Source: Amphiscolops sp. MND2022 (Eukaryota). From it: a stretch of DNA of 64,000 bases. Every line of letters begins with the position of its first letter. Position 1 is the stretch's first letter. The notes beneath the pieces are model-generated. The model was not told the DNA's origin, made no database searches, and worked only from the letters and a program-made list of their open reading frames with translations. Shown here piece by piece: positions 1 to 12,914 of the stretch. The position numbers and the translations under genes were made by a program. The DNA is taken from assembly GCA_964187785.1 (NCBI GenBank), contig OZ076409.1, forward strand, positions 26,042,001 through 26,106,000. The letters run 5' to 3'.

Positions 1-1008
1 GTTAGATTTTGAGTGACCATTTCAGTTCGATTTGATAAAACGTAATAATTGTAACTTGAAGTTGAGTTTGGCTGATTTTGCTCACAAAAAGCTAAGTCAG
101 TTCAAGTACTTTTGTAATTTTCACATCTTGTTCATTGGAGTCAAACTGAAATTACCGCAAATATATAGGTTTTTGTACTCTTCACCGTTTAGTGGCAATT
201 CTCCAGAAGGATGCCTGATCAACCTCTCTTGTGCTCACGAAGCTGTTGTGAAGTGTTGACTCTTGTTTTGAATTTCAGAGTTTAGAAGCGAACACTGCCA
301 CTGCTTGTTGAGAGAGGTCTCCCACTTCATCTTACAATGTCAATCAGAATCAACGTTTCGAGATTTTTGCAACTAGAAGAAACCAGATACCTCAAATATG
401 TACAATTTCCTTCGTTTCTACAAATTTTCCTTCGTAACCTTTGTATGCATTTGACGCTTTGTTCAATGTTGCTCGTAAAGTGTGAATTCATCATTTTTCG
501 GGTGATCAATATACTTTTTCTCAAGCTCAAGAATTTTATATTAACGAGAAACGTGATAAAATGGCCCTTGGACTAAGTAGACATTGAAACTCCTTTAAAA
601 ACTCCTTAGGAGTAGTAATGGAGTAAAAAGTAGATTGTGAGGAATCTTGAACGGATAATGTTGTAATACAAAAGTTGAAAATTCGAAAATTTCAAACAAA
701 ATTGCAATTTACAATAGTTGAAAGTTCCATCTTCGCTTCATGTTTTACTGCCTATCAACAGCACAATCATGCTTCTCTCCTTTCTGTGTTGAAGTTTCAA
801 CATCGATCGATTTTTGCCATCAGTCGATTCAATTAGGGAAATTTCAAAAAAGCATTGTCTCAAGAGCTAATGTCCGAAATGATTCCAGCAAAACAGCTGA
901 ATTTCTTAGGTATTAATCCTGTTTCGATTTTGAAATGCCTCGAATCCACTTGTTTTTCGAGTATCTGAGATTACAAAACTGTATCTTGAAAATACAACGA
1001 ATGTAAAT
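1..1008. repeat. Unclassified dispersed repeat; second copy at 32098-32721 + 52369-~53316 is split by the Copia element
   Basis: Direct sequence match (gttagattttgagtgaccatttcag...). This copy shows the empty Copia site (gtaatggagtaaaaagtagattg) and lacks ~550 bp present in the other copy. Confidence 0.85.
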
Positions 1009-3849
1009 AGTAGTATATAAATTGCTGATCATGGCCAGCCAGACCATCAAAAATCAAAAACAAGCATATTTGCAAGGCAAATCGTCAAAAATTAGCCATT
1101 TTTCACAACTAAAAAATAACAAAAAAATACAAGTTCGTCTAATCATTGAAAACAAGAATATTTTTAAGGCAAATCATCAAAAATTAGCGTTTTTTCGCAA
1201 CTAAAAAATTACCAAAATCAAAAATCACCAAAAAAAACTTCATTACGCAAATTGTGAAAATGTTTGTCACAAGGAAAAATTCACCAAACTCCATGTTGTT
1301 GTATAGTAATACAGATTATAGAAGAAATGAAAAGTGTAACATGAGCAGTTCATATCATTTGCAATGTGCAGTGAAGGGTCATTGACATTTCACACTCGAG
1401 AAACATGCGAAGCCAGCATTGCTGCATGAAAGAAACATCAAAGTAAATTTACTAAAATTTGTGCCAGCCTGGCAAAAAGTTTGTCAAAAATACTTTTGCT
1501 GGCAAAAATTTCGGCAAAAAATTTTCTCACTGCCATTTTTTTTTGAAGTTGTTCTAGTGCTTGTATATTATTAATACAAGGGAAAACATGATATGCTCAA
1601 TATCTCAACCGGAGAGGAGTTTAGAGAAAGTCCACAGAAACAAAAGTTGTAGATAATGAAAAGATACACACATTTTATTTCTGAACGTTATCTTTAAAAA
1701 ACCCCCTATTTACCAGGTGCCAAAACAGGTGTGAAAATTGGGTTTTTTCCATTTTAACAATAAAATAATTGAAATCGATGAAAAATAATTAGTACAAGCA
1801 AAGCTCTTCTTCTTCTTCTGGACATTCGAGGCAGTTTACTCGCAAAGTCTCAGTTCATCTGGAATGGTGGCCAATTACCCAATGATTTGAAATGTTTCAA
1901 TAGGGAAACAGTATTTCGATTCAGAAAAGACTATCTGTGGTATTCTGATTAGTCCTGTTCAGCTTCTTCTAGTAACATCTTTTACAGCTTCAATAACTTC
2001 TGTTTTCTCAATGAGGTCGGTTTTGCTTGGTACTGATCACGCTGAGTTTGGAGGGGTTTCCAAAGATGAAAGTTGTTCACAGAGTACCAAATTGTTAAGT
2101 TCTGTCGATGTCTTGTTTTTCTTGGTTCAAATGGATCTATAATACTGTTTCAATACTCGTTTTGTTCACTATTCAACCTGTTGACGTTGGTTTGGCTGGT
2201 TCAAGTGGGCATGTTTTCATTTATTTATGAATGGCATCGCAATCAGCTGATCAAAACTGCAAAATCATTCTCTTTTTGGCTTTTTTAAGGACAAATTCGG
2301 GTTAATGGCTCATAGCGTATAGTTAGTGACGTCATCAGTTTTTTCAAAACTAGTGTCTTCATTAAATTCTGCGCAGACATTATGAGCTTAGACTATCTGC
2401 CATCAGTGGGAACATTTACTATCTGTTCAGCGTTAAGCTGTTTCAATATACTAACCATACCTGTATCTTCCAGATCCATCCGTGCTTCGGTTTGTGTTCT
2501 AGTTAGTGTGGGAAAAATTAATTTCGCTGCAAAGTATAAACGACGTGTGGTCGTGAAGAAGCAAAAAAATAGTTAAAAGAAGAAAATTAGCAATTGTTTA
2601 TCTGTATGGAGTGTCTTTTGGAGGATTATAAAAAGCGCATGTAATAATTGGCGTTTCTAACGGAAACGTACTGCTACGCAACACAATCGAAGTTTGACAT
2701 TCAATTTTGAAGCGGAAAGTGCTTGGTAATAGCAATTTTTACTCCACCATCATTTTACGAAACGTTTTTCGTGGGCTCTCTCTCTCTCTCTCACTAGGGA
2801 AAAACTTGAAGTTATTCAGGTATAGTTTAGCATTATTCAAATCTTCAAGATGTTATTCCTTTAGACGTTTTTCCCGATGGACCTTTAGATGTTATTCCTT
2901 AGACGTTATTCCCTCCTCTAGTCAGGTCTTCAGGTAGACCCCGTACACGAATGATTGACAAAACATTGTAATGTTTCTCAAAGACTTTTCATCCGATTTC
3001 TTTCGGAATGACAGTTTGGTTTCAACGTTTTTTCGGTCACAGCATTTACAAATTCTTCAATGCAACTTTCACATTTTTCAAAAACAGTTTTGACTCTAGT
3101 TTCCATGAATTGTTCAATACTGTCTTCTAGTGTATCCAGTTTTTCTTTCAGTTTGTTACTACATTGATTAGTGTCCAATAAATAAATTATTCTGGTATTT
3201 TCGACACAATCGTTGCATAACAAGGCGACACGACCACGTAGATCTTCGATGTCATTTGTAACTCAAAAATTTATGACGATGTTGTAGGAGAGAGAAAAAA
3301 ACGGACTGTAACTCTGGCTTCTGCCTCATAACTATGAGTGTACTACAAATAAAAAGTAGAATCCTAATAAACTAATCCAGGTGATGCTAATTCTATCAAA
3401 ATTATGCTGATTCTAAGTTGTACATTTGTATTTCTTCATTGACTGGAGCCATGAAGCAGCGCGTTTCTCTAAAGAAATTTTTATCCGTACTCAAAAAGCC
3501 GAAAAACACCTTAAATCAGAATAATTCGACGATGATTGCAACCGTCTCCTACAGAAACGAACAATAGCTCCAAAACGCTACCAACGCCAAACTTCTGCTA
3601 CAAATTGGGAACAATACAAAAAGTTGAGTTCCGAATTTTCGAAACTATTAGTCAGAGAGCATTCACATTACAGTTTGAACTTAATGTAAACCTTCAATCT
3701 ATCCAATAAAAGACGGATATTTATTAACAATCTTCGCCATACAAAGTGTAAAAAACCACGAACATCGGCTCTAAAGAAACATTTTTGAGACCTAATCATG
3801 GAAGACAAAAAGACCTATTGATTTATACTTTTTGCACCTAAGAGATTAC

Positions 3850-4446
3850 TACGGACAAAATTTCCCAATCAATATGGAAAACAAAACTAAACCCAAATTT
3901 TTTAGTTTTCGACCAGCCACCATGGATATAGTCGTCAAGGCCGAAAATTCCTTGAGAATCAATAAAACCCTAGGACCATGCTCTATACCAGCGTGGGCTC
4001 TTACAGACTGATTGACCGAAATTGTACCACATCTCACAATGGTGATAATTGAATACATTAAAGAACAGAAATTTTCCTCGTTTCTGAAAAAAGGTCTCAT
4101 TACCTGTCTATATAAGAAGATGATCCACTGAACCCTTCGAAATACAGACCCATTACAATAACGATCTGCGTGTCGAAAATATTTGAAAAACTTCTGCAGA
4201 AACAAAAATAATCATTTCCTTTCATCATATAAATTTTTACCTAATCTTTTTTATCACACAGACGCTAGCATGTCGTTATCAATAGTAGGGAATATGACAT
4301 CATCGAAACCCTTCAAGGCGTACCGCAAGGAACAGTGCACGGGCCATTACTTTTTAATATCTACTTCAACGATATTACAAAATATATCTCGAAAGAATGT
4401 AGAATAATTCAACACGCCGATGACTGTTTGATATACTCAGAGAACC
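3850..4446 (+). pseudogene. Degenerate non-LTR (L2/CR1-like) reverse transcriptase, 5' part
   Basis: Frameshifted translation gives GPCSIP..., YRPITITICVSKIFEKLL, VPQGTVHGPLLFNIYFND, HADD. Interrupted at 4447 by an LTR element. Confidence 0.85.
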
Positions 4447-7400
4447 TGTTGGCGCCAGCTATCAGCAGGCGAAGAGAGTCGATTTGGAACATGCTGAGTG
4501 AAAAAAAAAGAATTTAAACTCTTAGAGACTTAGATGAAATATTAGAGAAATGTCGACCATCACAATTCTTTAAACCCCCCTCAAATGGGTTTTCTCGAAG
4601 ACTCTTAGTCATAGAGCCATGAAACGTGGCACACGTAAGCAACTACTTACCACAAACACACTGGCTAAATTTTGAAGTCATCCACCAAACAGAATCCCCT
4701 TTACCTCTCACATGTGTGTTATTCAAGGTCATGAAGCCCAAAATGTAAACATTGATATTTACCCCTATGACCACGTTAGAATGGAACTCTGTTGATATTG
4801 ATGATATTTACTTTGTGTAAACATGCTTTAGAATCCACCTAACAACCATGCCAAAAGCATCACATAGTTTGTTTACATAGCCAATACCTTTAATAGTTCG
4901 CTTTAATGTCATTTATTTATACTTCATATTTCAACTGAAGTTTGCTCTATATTTACTGTAGAATTGCAAACGAGGTGTATACTTTTACTAGTTAGGCACA
5001 GATTGATTGGAAAACTGTATTCAAGTTGGGTCTTAGAACCATTTCAATCCTCACTTCATTTCTTTACCTCTTTTCGACTTTTCGCCAAAGAATTAGGGCG
5101 ACTAAGTTAGTTACTCTCAACTTGTGAAGAGTTGGACGCGTTGAGAGACAAAGAAGAAGTGCAATTCAAGATCATTTGATCATACTAAGTCAAGAAACAG
5201 TCCCTTAAATCTAAGAAGCAAGCAGTCTTGGGTAACGATCCGCAGTGCCGAGCACTGAATACAGGGCGGCGTAAAGTTAGGTCAAGTGAAGGGATCAAGC
5301 AGCCGTTACATTTGGTCCGCGGACCAGGACATCATCATTTGGCGGCGGACATCAATACTTTGGGCGGACATCAATAGTTGGAGTTGACATCATTCTGGAT
5401 GGACACTGCGAGAGAAATGTCGTCTTCATCGTGTTTGGATTACATTTGCGATGGAAGGCACGTGATCAGTTAGAGTCATCAAACGGGTGAAACAACATCT
5501 ATCTGTTCACATTACACGAAGCTTGGGCATAGCTTCCGTGCTGGTTTCTGTGGCAAACCAGAGAGGTGGGAGGACAAGCCTAATTGTGGGAACCTTCCGA
5601 ACCTAGAAGTGGCAACAGGTGATCCTGTTCGCACAGCAATCGAAAGGTATTGCAAGAGTCGTCGCATCCGAACGGAATCGCGAGAAGTAGATGAGACGAC
5701 TATTCACAGTCAACAAGAACTGTGGAGACTGGGTCTACAGTTGGTGATTGGAACTCTGAGGAAGTGTACACTGGGGCTTTGGCATTACACTATTGGGTGA
5801 TTTGGAACTGGATTGGTTGTGTGCTCTGAGAGTTGGGCTTTGGCGGAAGTCTGGAAGCAATTGTGCTTCTTCAATTCCAGTTTTGGGACGAACTGTATCC
5901 TGAGGAAACGTATTCCTAATTGAAAGCAAAGGGTTGAAATAAGACGTCGCTGCAAGTATATCCACCAAGTTAAGCAGAGTGATTGAGTCATTGGGACGAG
6001 GTCCACCGAAACAATCAAGTTCGTCAAAGAAGGCAAGCATAATTGACATTTTGGGTTAATTCTTCGTTAATTGGCAATTGAATATTGGATTGAGCAGTTG
6101 ACACTTCAGATCTAACGCGTTGCGAAATATGGGAAAAATGAAAAAGTCGTCAAGAAACTATTGTGTAGACAGAAAACCCTGTTAGTCAACAAACTGCAAT
6201 CTGAATCAAATGAAGGCCAGAAAGAAAGAAATGCTCGAGGTGCAGCATGCATCCTCGAATGACAAATGTATTTGATCAAAGAAACAAAAAACAAAGCCAT
6301 GAACTGATGGAACTCAGATCAAAAAATTGGAAAATGGTTCCGACTGTTATGTGTGGCGCTTTTATCTGGATACTGTGGCCACTCAAGTGGGAACACTACG
6401 GACTCTGATTAAAGAGTTGGATGACAAGCTTGATGATCAATGCGCTATTCTTTGAACAACAAATTGAATGATTGGATATTCGAATATCGCGAGAATAAAC
6501 AAGCATTGCTGCATAACATAGATCTCATGTTGGACCTCACGAACGAAGAAACGCAAAGACGGCTCAGTTGTGACTGAATTGGAAGAATTCTTTGCCAAAT
6601 TAGAAGCCAGCTGGGGATATTGCTTCCCTGATGTGAAGTTAATGCTGAAGGATCCAAAAGACGAAACACACAAAACGAAGCTTCGCCAAGTGGCAAGTGG
6701 AACCTCCACAGATGCAACTATTAAATGCACTCACACAAGGAAGATCAAGCAATGTAGCTTCAATCAAACAAAACGTAATTGCTCAGTGGAAGCAACTAGT
6801 GAAAAGAAATCACTGGAACAGTCACGCAGGGTAACTGATGAAGAACGACGGATTGTTGGAGTATCCAACCCCTCTGATGTGATTGAATCATTCAGTGATG
6901 TGAAAGTGTTATCCAAACAAAACAACAACGGGTCAGTCAAAGCAACTTCGTAGAGCAACAGAACACCAGCAAGATCTAAATCATGAAATGCAAAACGAAT
7001 ATTTCTTCTAGAATTGGAAGCAATGAAGAAACAAGATGAAATTGATGAACAGCTAGCTGCAGCTAGACGCAAAGCCGAGATTCGGAAGAAACAAGAGGAG
7101 ATGCATCTGAGGATACTCTCGGAAGAACTCGGAATTGCTAAGCTCGAAGAAGAAAACCCGAGGACTGAACAAGTTAAGTTGCCAACCAAGCAATAGAATC
7201 AGCGCGAAATGGAATTCAGTTAAAACTGAGACAACGCAGAGAGTGACGGAGCAATTGCAACCATGCAAAGGTCCGCAGAAATGTTATCGGACCTTCAAGT
7301 CGTCCTCGACCACAACAAAGCCTCTTACAGGAACTGCACTTCGTGGGCAAAGCGCTCACTCTCAGAAGGACATAAATGGAGTGACGAGGAAAAAGTCACG

Positions 7401-10400
7401 CCTTATAAGCAATAAAAAAACTCTATTTTGGACAAATTAATTCAAAGAGTTTTGCTGGATCACATTGGCGCTCGAACCATAAAAGCGTTGAAAGTATTTC
7501 AATGATGAGAACTGTGAAGCAAACTCAAACAAGACAAACTTCGAGCAGAGAAAGTTCAAGTGATCACGAGGAATCGCTGAGAAGAAAAGACGAAATTATG
7601 GGCAAGCAAGAAAAAACTGCTTCGCCAAAAACTCCTAACCAGAAACTAAAAGGAAAGTGTACGATGAAGAAATGGGAAACTGGGTAGTTTAATTCTTCAG
7701 GCAAATATCCAAGCTATGAAATACCGCGAGAGGAATTTATCGATTGTGAGTCATTTGAGGACTCTAATTTGGCAAATGCAGAAAGCGAGGCAAACAAACG
7801 GTTCTCGAAGCAAACTGGCCAGAAACGTTCGTTGTAGGCAATGGCTGGCAAGACTTCCGTTCAGAAACTCTCCTCGTGGATACCACACAAGGTTTGGAAG
7901 ACGAAATTCACTTGGTTATGAATGAGCATTTGATAGTACAAGCAGAGGAGATCTTGGAATACACAGTGACTTAAGCCACGAATGAGTTCAGGAGCTTAAC
8001 ATTCGCATTAGGCGAACAAACGTGGGAAGAATCGAGTGTACAATTTAAACTTCGATAAGAGAGTGCAGAAGTTTCCACCGCACTACAGGACGTACAACAA
8101 GGGATTCTATTCAAAGTGACAAAGTTTTATGACAGTAAACTACTCATTGAAAAAGGAAACAAACGTTTTGAATTCGTTGAAAGTTATGGAATTGTGCATG
8201 AGCAACAATTTGCAGTGCAAGACGATTGGAATGAAAAGGCCATGTATCGAAAACTATGCTACAGTGCAATGAAACAGGACAAACCAGTGAATGACGATAT
8301 CAAAATTGAAACACAAACATTGAATGCTTCGTTTGAGAAGGAAACTGATTTTGACTTCAAGAAAAGTCTTGTTGAACAACTTATCCCAAGTGTTAGTAAG
8401 GTGTGGAACCAATGGAATGGTAATGGAAACTCTGGGATGGACGGAGTGGCACAGGCTAACTGCATTGATGAAACGCACTTGAGCAACGGCCACCGCAAGC
8501 GACTGAAGAGAAGATCTCGGAAGATTGAACCTATCTCGAACCTGCTACATGAAATGGATGAAAGAGCTCATCAGTTGGGTGTGATTGCAATACTAGACAT
8601 CACAATTAATTGGTCTACAAGATTTCAGCGACAACTATCAATGGCAATGACGAAAATGTGTTCTTTGAAAAAAACAACAACAAGTTGGAGCAACGGGTCT
8701 TGCAATGGGCCCGCTACACTATTCAAGACAATGTGGACTCGGTATGAGTCGTTTGGTAAATTGGAAGTTTCTGATGATCATTTGGAGCACGACAGAAACC
8801 CAGATGATAAAAATAGGAATTTTGTGGTGAGAGAAACACGGTAGTTTTCTACAAACAGAAGCGAAAGCCAAACTCCACAGAATGGCAGTTACTGGGGGAA
8901 AACACGAATGTAGCTACGAAAAACAACCTGTCAGAAAGAAAAAAGCAAAACGGAGTGCAGCGACTGAGTTCAAAACACAAATCCTTTCCTATTGGATGCA
9001 CAGAGAACGTTGAAAACAGAGAAAAAAACTTTAGTCGCTGCAATGTGGAAAATTCTCTTTATCTACTGATTATTCTGATGGTTGGTTCGACAACGTTTCA
9101 AGAAGAGCAGATTCAAAACAAAATTTTGGAAAGATTAGAGAACGAATTCTCTTTGATATATCTCCCCGCGGTCAGTCAACATTGATGAGGAAATGTGTAG
9201 TAGAGCAAATCTAGGGAAACCGGCTGGAGATTTTTTTGACCTAGCTGGAAATCTATTCTTTGGATGTTGAAGTAACTATGGAAGTAGAGTTAAATGAAAT
9301 GAAGCATTCTTGTACCATGCCTTTTAAAGGCTCAAAAGAAAGGAAATTGATTGAACATAATAATTGTTGGACGTTGATGATGAAGTTTCTGATAATTGGG
9401 GAAACTATGACTTCAAATGCAAAAACAGTTTTATGGAAATATTTTGTTGTGTTATGTGAATATGTGGAAAACAATTTAATTGTCAGCGAAGTGGAATATG
9501 GGCTGGGATTTTCTTGCAGTAGTGAAAGAACACAACAAACAACTGGCAAACTTGACAATGAAACTAGAGATCTCAAAATGACAACGACGATTGATGGCAA
9601 ACTCAAAAGACCAAAAATGAGACTGGGAGCCTTGTTCTACGAAAGTATTTTACGGGAGAAAAACTGGGCCGGCAATGTTGGCGCCAGTCATCAGCAGGCA
9701 AAAAAAGTCGATTTGGAAATTGCTGAGTGAGAAATAAGAACTTAAACTCTTAGAAACTAAATGAAATATTAGAGAAAAGTCGACCATCACAATTCTTTGA
9801 ACCCTCCCTCAAATAGGGTTTCTCAAAGACTCTTAGTCATAGAGCCATGAAACTTGGCACACGTAAGCAACGACCTACCAAAAATACACTGGCTAAGTTT
9901 CGAAGTCATCCGCCCACTACAACGCCCTCTACCCGCCACATGTGTGGTATTCAAGGTCGTCAAGCCCAAAATGTGAACATTGATATTTACTCCTATGACC
10001 ACGTTAGAATGGAACTCTGTTGAAAATGATGATATTTATTTTGTGTAAACATGCTTTAGAACCCACCTAACAACCATGCCAAAAGCATTACATTGTTTGT
10101 TTACATAGCCAAAAATTTTAATAAATCACTTAAATGTCATTTACTTATACTTCATGTCAACTGAAATTTGCTGTGTATTTACTGTAGAATTGTACACGAG
10201 AAGTACACCATTTCTAGTTAGGCACAGACTGATTGAAAAACTGTATTCAAGTTGGGTCTTAGGACCATTTCAATTCGCAATTCATTTCTTTACCTCTTTT
10301 CGAATTTTCTCCAAAGAATTAGGGCGACTAAGTTAGTTACTCTCAACTTGTGGAGAGTTGGACGCGTTAAGAGACAAGGAAGAAGTGCAATTCGGGATCA

Positions 10401-10536
10401 TTGGATCCTACTAAGTCAAGATACAGTCCTTTTATTTTAATAAGCAAGCAGTGTTCGGTAACGATCCGCAGTGCCGAGCACCGAATTCAGGGCAGCGTAA
10501 AGTTTGGTCAAGTGAAAGGATCAAGCAGCCGTTACA
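4447..10536 (+). mobile_element. Degenerate, internally deleted BEL/Pao-like LTR retrotransposon
   Basis: Diverged ~860-bp LTRs at 4447-5310 and 9676-10536 (TG..CA); TGGTCC PBS-like after the 5' LTR; GGGCCGGCAA before the 3' LTR; TSD GAACC/AAACC; integrase-end remnant GKLKRPKMRLGALF; coiled-coil gag remnant near 7014-7196. Confidence 0.8.
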
Positions 10537-10725
10537 AAACCCAAGACCTGACATTGCAATTGAGAATGTACAAGTTTGTCTTGAAAAACTAAAAAGTCAT
10601 TTTCGGACGAATAGGTTAGTTCTGAATGCACCTTCAGCAGAGTTTATTAATTTCACAACATCAAATATTACCGTATCCAATAGTCAACTCAAAGTCGCCG
10701 GTTCCAATATAAAACATAAGAAAGT
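10537..10725 (+). pseudogene. Continuation of the L2/CR1-like RT after the BEL/Pao insertion
   Basis: ENPRPDIAIENVQVCLEKLKSHFRTNRLVLNA fits the region following the (Y/H)ADD motif. Confidence 0.7.
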
Positions 10726-11648
10726 GCTGCTTCTTGCTCTGGTCTCGTCATTTTGAATACTGTAACCTTCTTTCAACGGACATCAGTAGTGCTTTTCTTG
10801 ATTTGCCCAGAAAAACAACTGCATTGGGCTCTTTAGTCCGTATTCTACAGATTTAGAGGCGAATGCTCAGCCTCTTTGACAATATATGAAGAAATATTAG
10901 GTATGTAACAAAAAATTGAAGTAAACACATTCGACTTATTATTTTCGATTCTCAAAAACGAAAGGACAGCATTTTAGAATCATTTTAAACTCCGAACGAT
11001 GAGTTTTCGAACGAATGATCGAAACAAAAAAACCTATATTCAAAGAGCCTTGTAATTAAGTTTTTTCGTGGATCCTTCTTTTATACCTGTGTGAGAAGTT
11101 AGAATTTCTTGCCCATTGAATTGGGAACAATCAAATACAAGCAAAAAAATGGAAGAAACTCATCAGCAATTACAAGCTACTACTTTACAAAGAACGTCCA
11201 ATATTTTTTAAACCGTACTTGGCGTGGGTTCTATCTTCTCTAATTGCTCAAAAACGCTACTAATGTTAATTCCGTTTTATTACTACGCCTACTGTACCCA
11301 ATGAGTTATTCTCTTCAATCGGCGCTTTATGAAGTGAAACGTGACTATTATAGTGACTCTTTTTTTCAATCCACACGAACTAACCAAAAGAGTTCTCAAA
11401 AGTTCTACACAATTTTTTGGTCCCAAAATGACTCATTTGGTCTAGCGAACTGAACCAAAGAGGTGTTGGTTTTTCAGCGTAACAGCGTAGCTGTAAATCT
11501 GTAAATAGGTCGAATTTTTCTGATCGAAAAGACAGAGGTCGAACCTTCTGATCGAATTGCAGGGATCGAATGGAATGCGGTCGAATATGATTGAAGCCTT
11601 CGGGTCGAAAACGTTCTTTGTTTGCTTCAAGTCGATTGACTATAATAA

Positions 11649-11833
11649 TGTGGGGCATATGCTGTGTATGCACGCTCGCCCTCACCGTCGCAAAGACCAG
11701 CTCCCACTACGATCGCTTCACCATCTCCGTTCCCGGTAGGTCTTTGCTCCTGTTCGACCTCGCCTAGCTAGATGGGAACATAAGCGGCCCCAAGGGGCCG
11801 CGGGGAACTAGAAGAAATGGGGACATATCCGAG
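11649..11833 (+). repeat. Short dispersed repeat with GC hairpin followed by CTAG (second copy 18844-19025)
   Basis: gcggccccaaggggccgc then gggga/cCTAG in both copies; resembles a rolling-circle element end. Confidence 0.6.
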
Positions 11834-12261
11834 ACAAGTTTTTTTCTAGAAAATTCTATTTGCGGCAATTCGACTTGTTTCCCAAAAATCAAAATTTCGA
11901 CCCGAGTTGTTTCGATCCCATTCAAAAATTTGGTATGTCGACCTGAGACTAACTCTGATTTTCGATCCCGTGCCTTCGACCTATATCCGCCCACCCAGCG
12001 TAACATACTCTACAGGGAGAGACTGACGGGTCCCCCCTTTAAGTTTTTTTCGGCATTGAGAAATTCCCAAAGGGTCCTCTCTTCAATTTTTTGATGTTTT
12101 GCGACAGAATGGATGTTGAAAAATCCCAAAGGGTCTCCCTTTCAGTTTTTTTTGGCATTGTGAGACTTTTCGGAATTTTTTTTCACCATTCATTTTTTTG
12201 AGGTTTTGCAACAATGGATGTTAAAAAAGCAAAAGGATCCCCTTTTAGCGCGCCAGGGGCC

Positions 12262-12461
12262 NNNNNNNNNNNNNNNNNNNNNNNNNNNNNNNNNNNNNNN
12301 NNNNNNNNNNNNNNNNNNNNNNNNNNNNNNNNNNNNNNNNNNNNNNNNNNNNNNNNNNNNNNNNNNNNNNNNNNNNNNNNNNNNNNNNNNNNNNNNNNNN
12401 NNNNNNNNNNNNNNNNNNNNNNNNNNNNNNNNNNNNNNNNNNNNNNNNNNNNNNNNNNNNN
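12262..12461. other. Assembly gap (200 N)
   Basis: Run of N. Confidence 1.
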
Positions 12462-12914
12462 CTCCGTTCCCGCTAGATCTAATATATATATATATAACCA
12501 AAGTAAATTCATTTAATGTTCTAATCTGAAAGGGAAAAGTTCAAAATGTGCTTTTTCCGGTACTTCAGGCTTTTCGCATGTTTTTTCACTGGATTTGGTT
12601 CTACGTTTTCCCTTTTGGACCCTCTAACTCCTCGGTGTCGTCCCCGATTCCCAACCCCTTCAATCAATCTTCATGAGTGTTTTTGTACTGGGCATATACT
12701 TGGCAATATGTTGATTTAAGTCTGAGCAAGGCGCAGTGCGTAAAAGGTTTTGATGAAAGTTCAGTACATCAAAATTTTTTGCTATATCATCTGAATAGCA
12801 AGAACATGTTGCTAAAATTCAAGGGAAAAGACCAACAAGATCTACAGATCACGAAAATCTTCAAGAAAAATTTTACAACCCGGTGACTAATTTATCCGTA
12901 AGCAAAGAAACGGT

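Noticed and set aside
11780..11815. True Helitron 3' terminus (hairpin + CTAG)
   Set aside because: Similarity between the two copies continues past CTAG and the next base is not T, so the terminus is not established.
12183..12529. ORFs spanning the N run
   Set aside because: Artefacts of the assembly gap.
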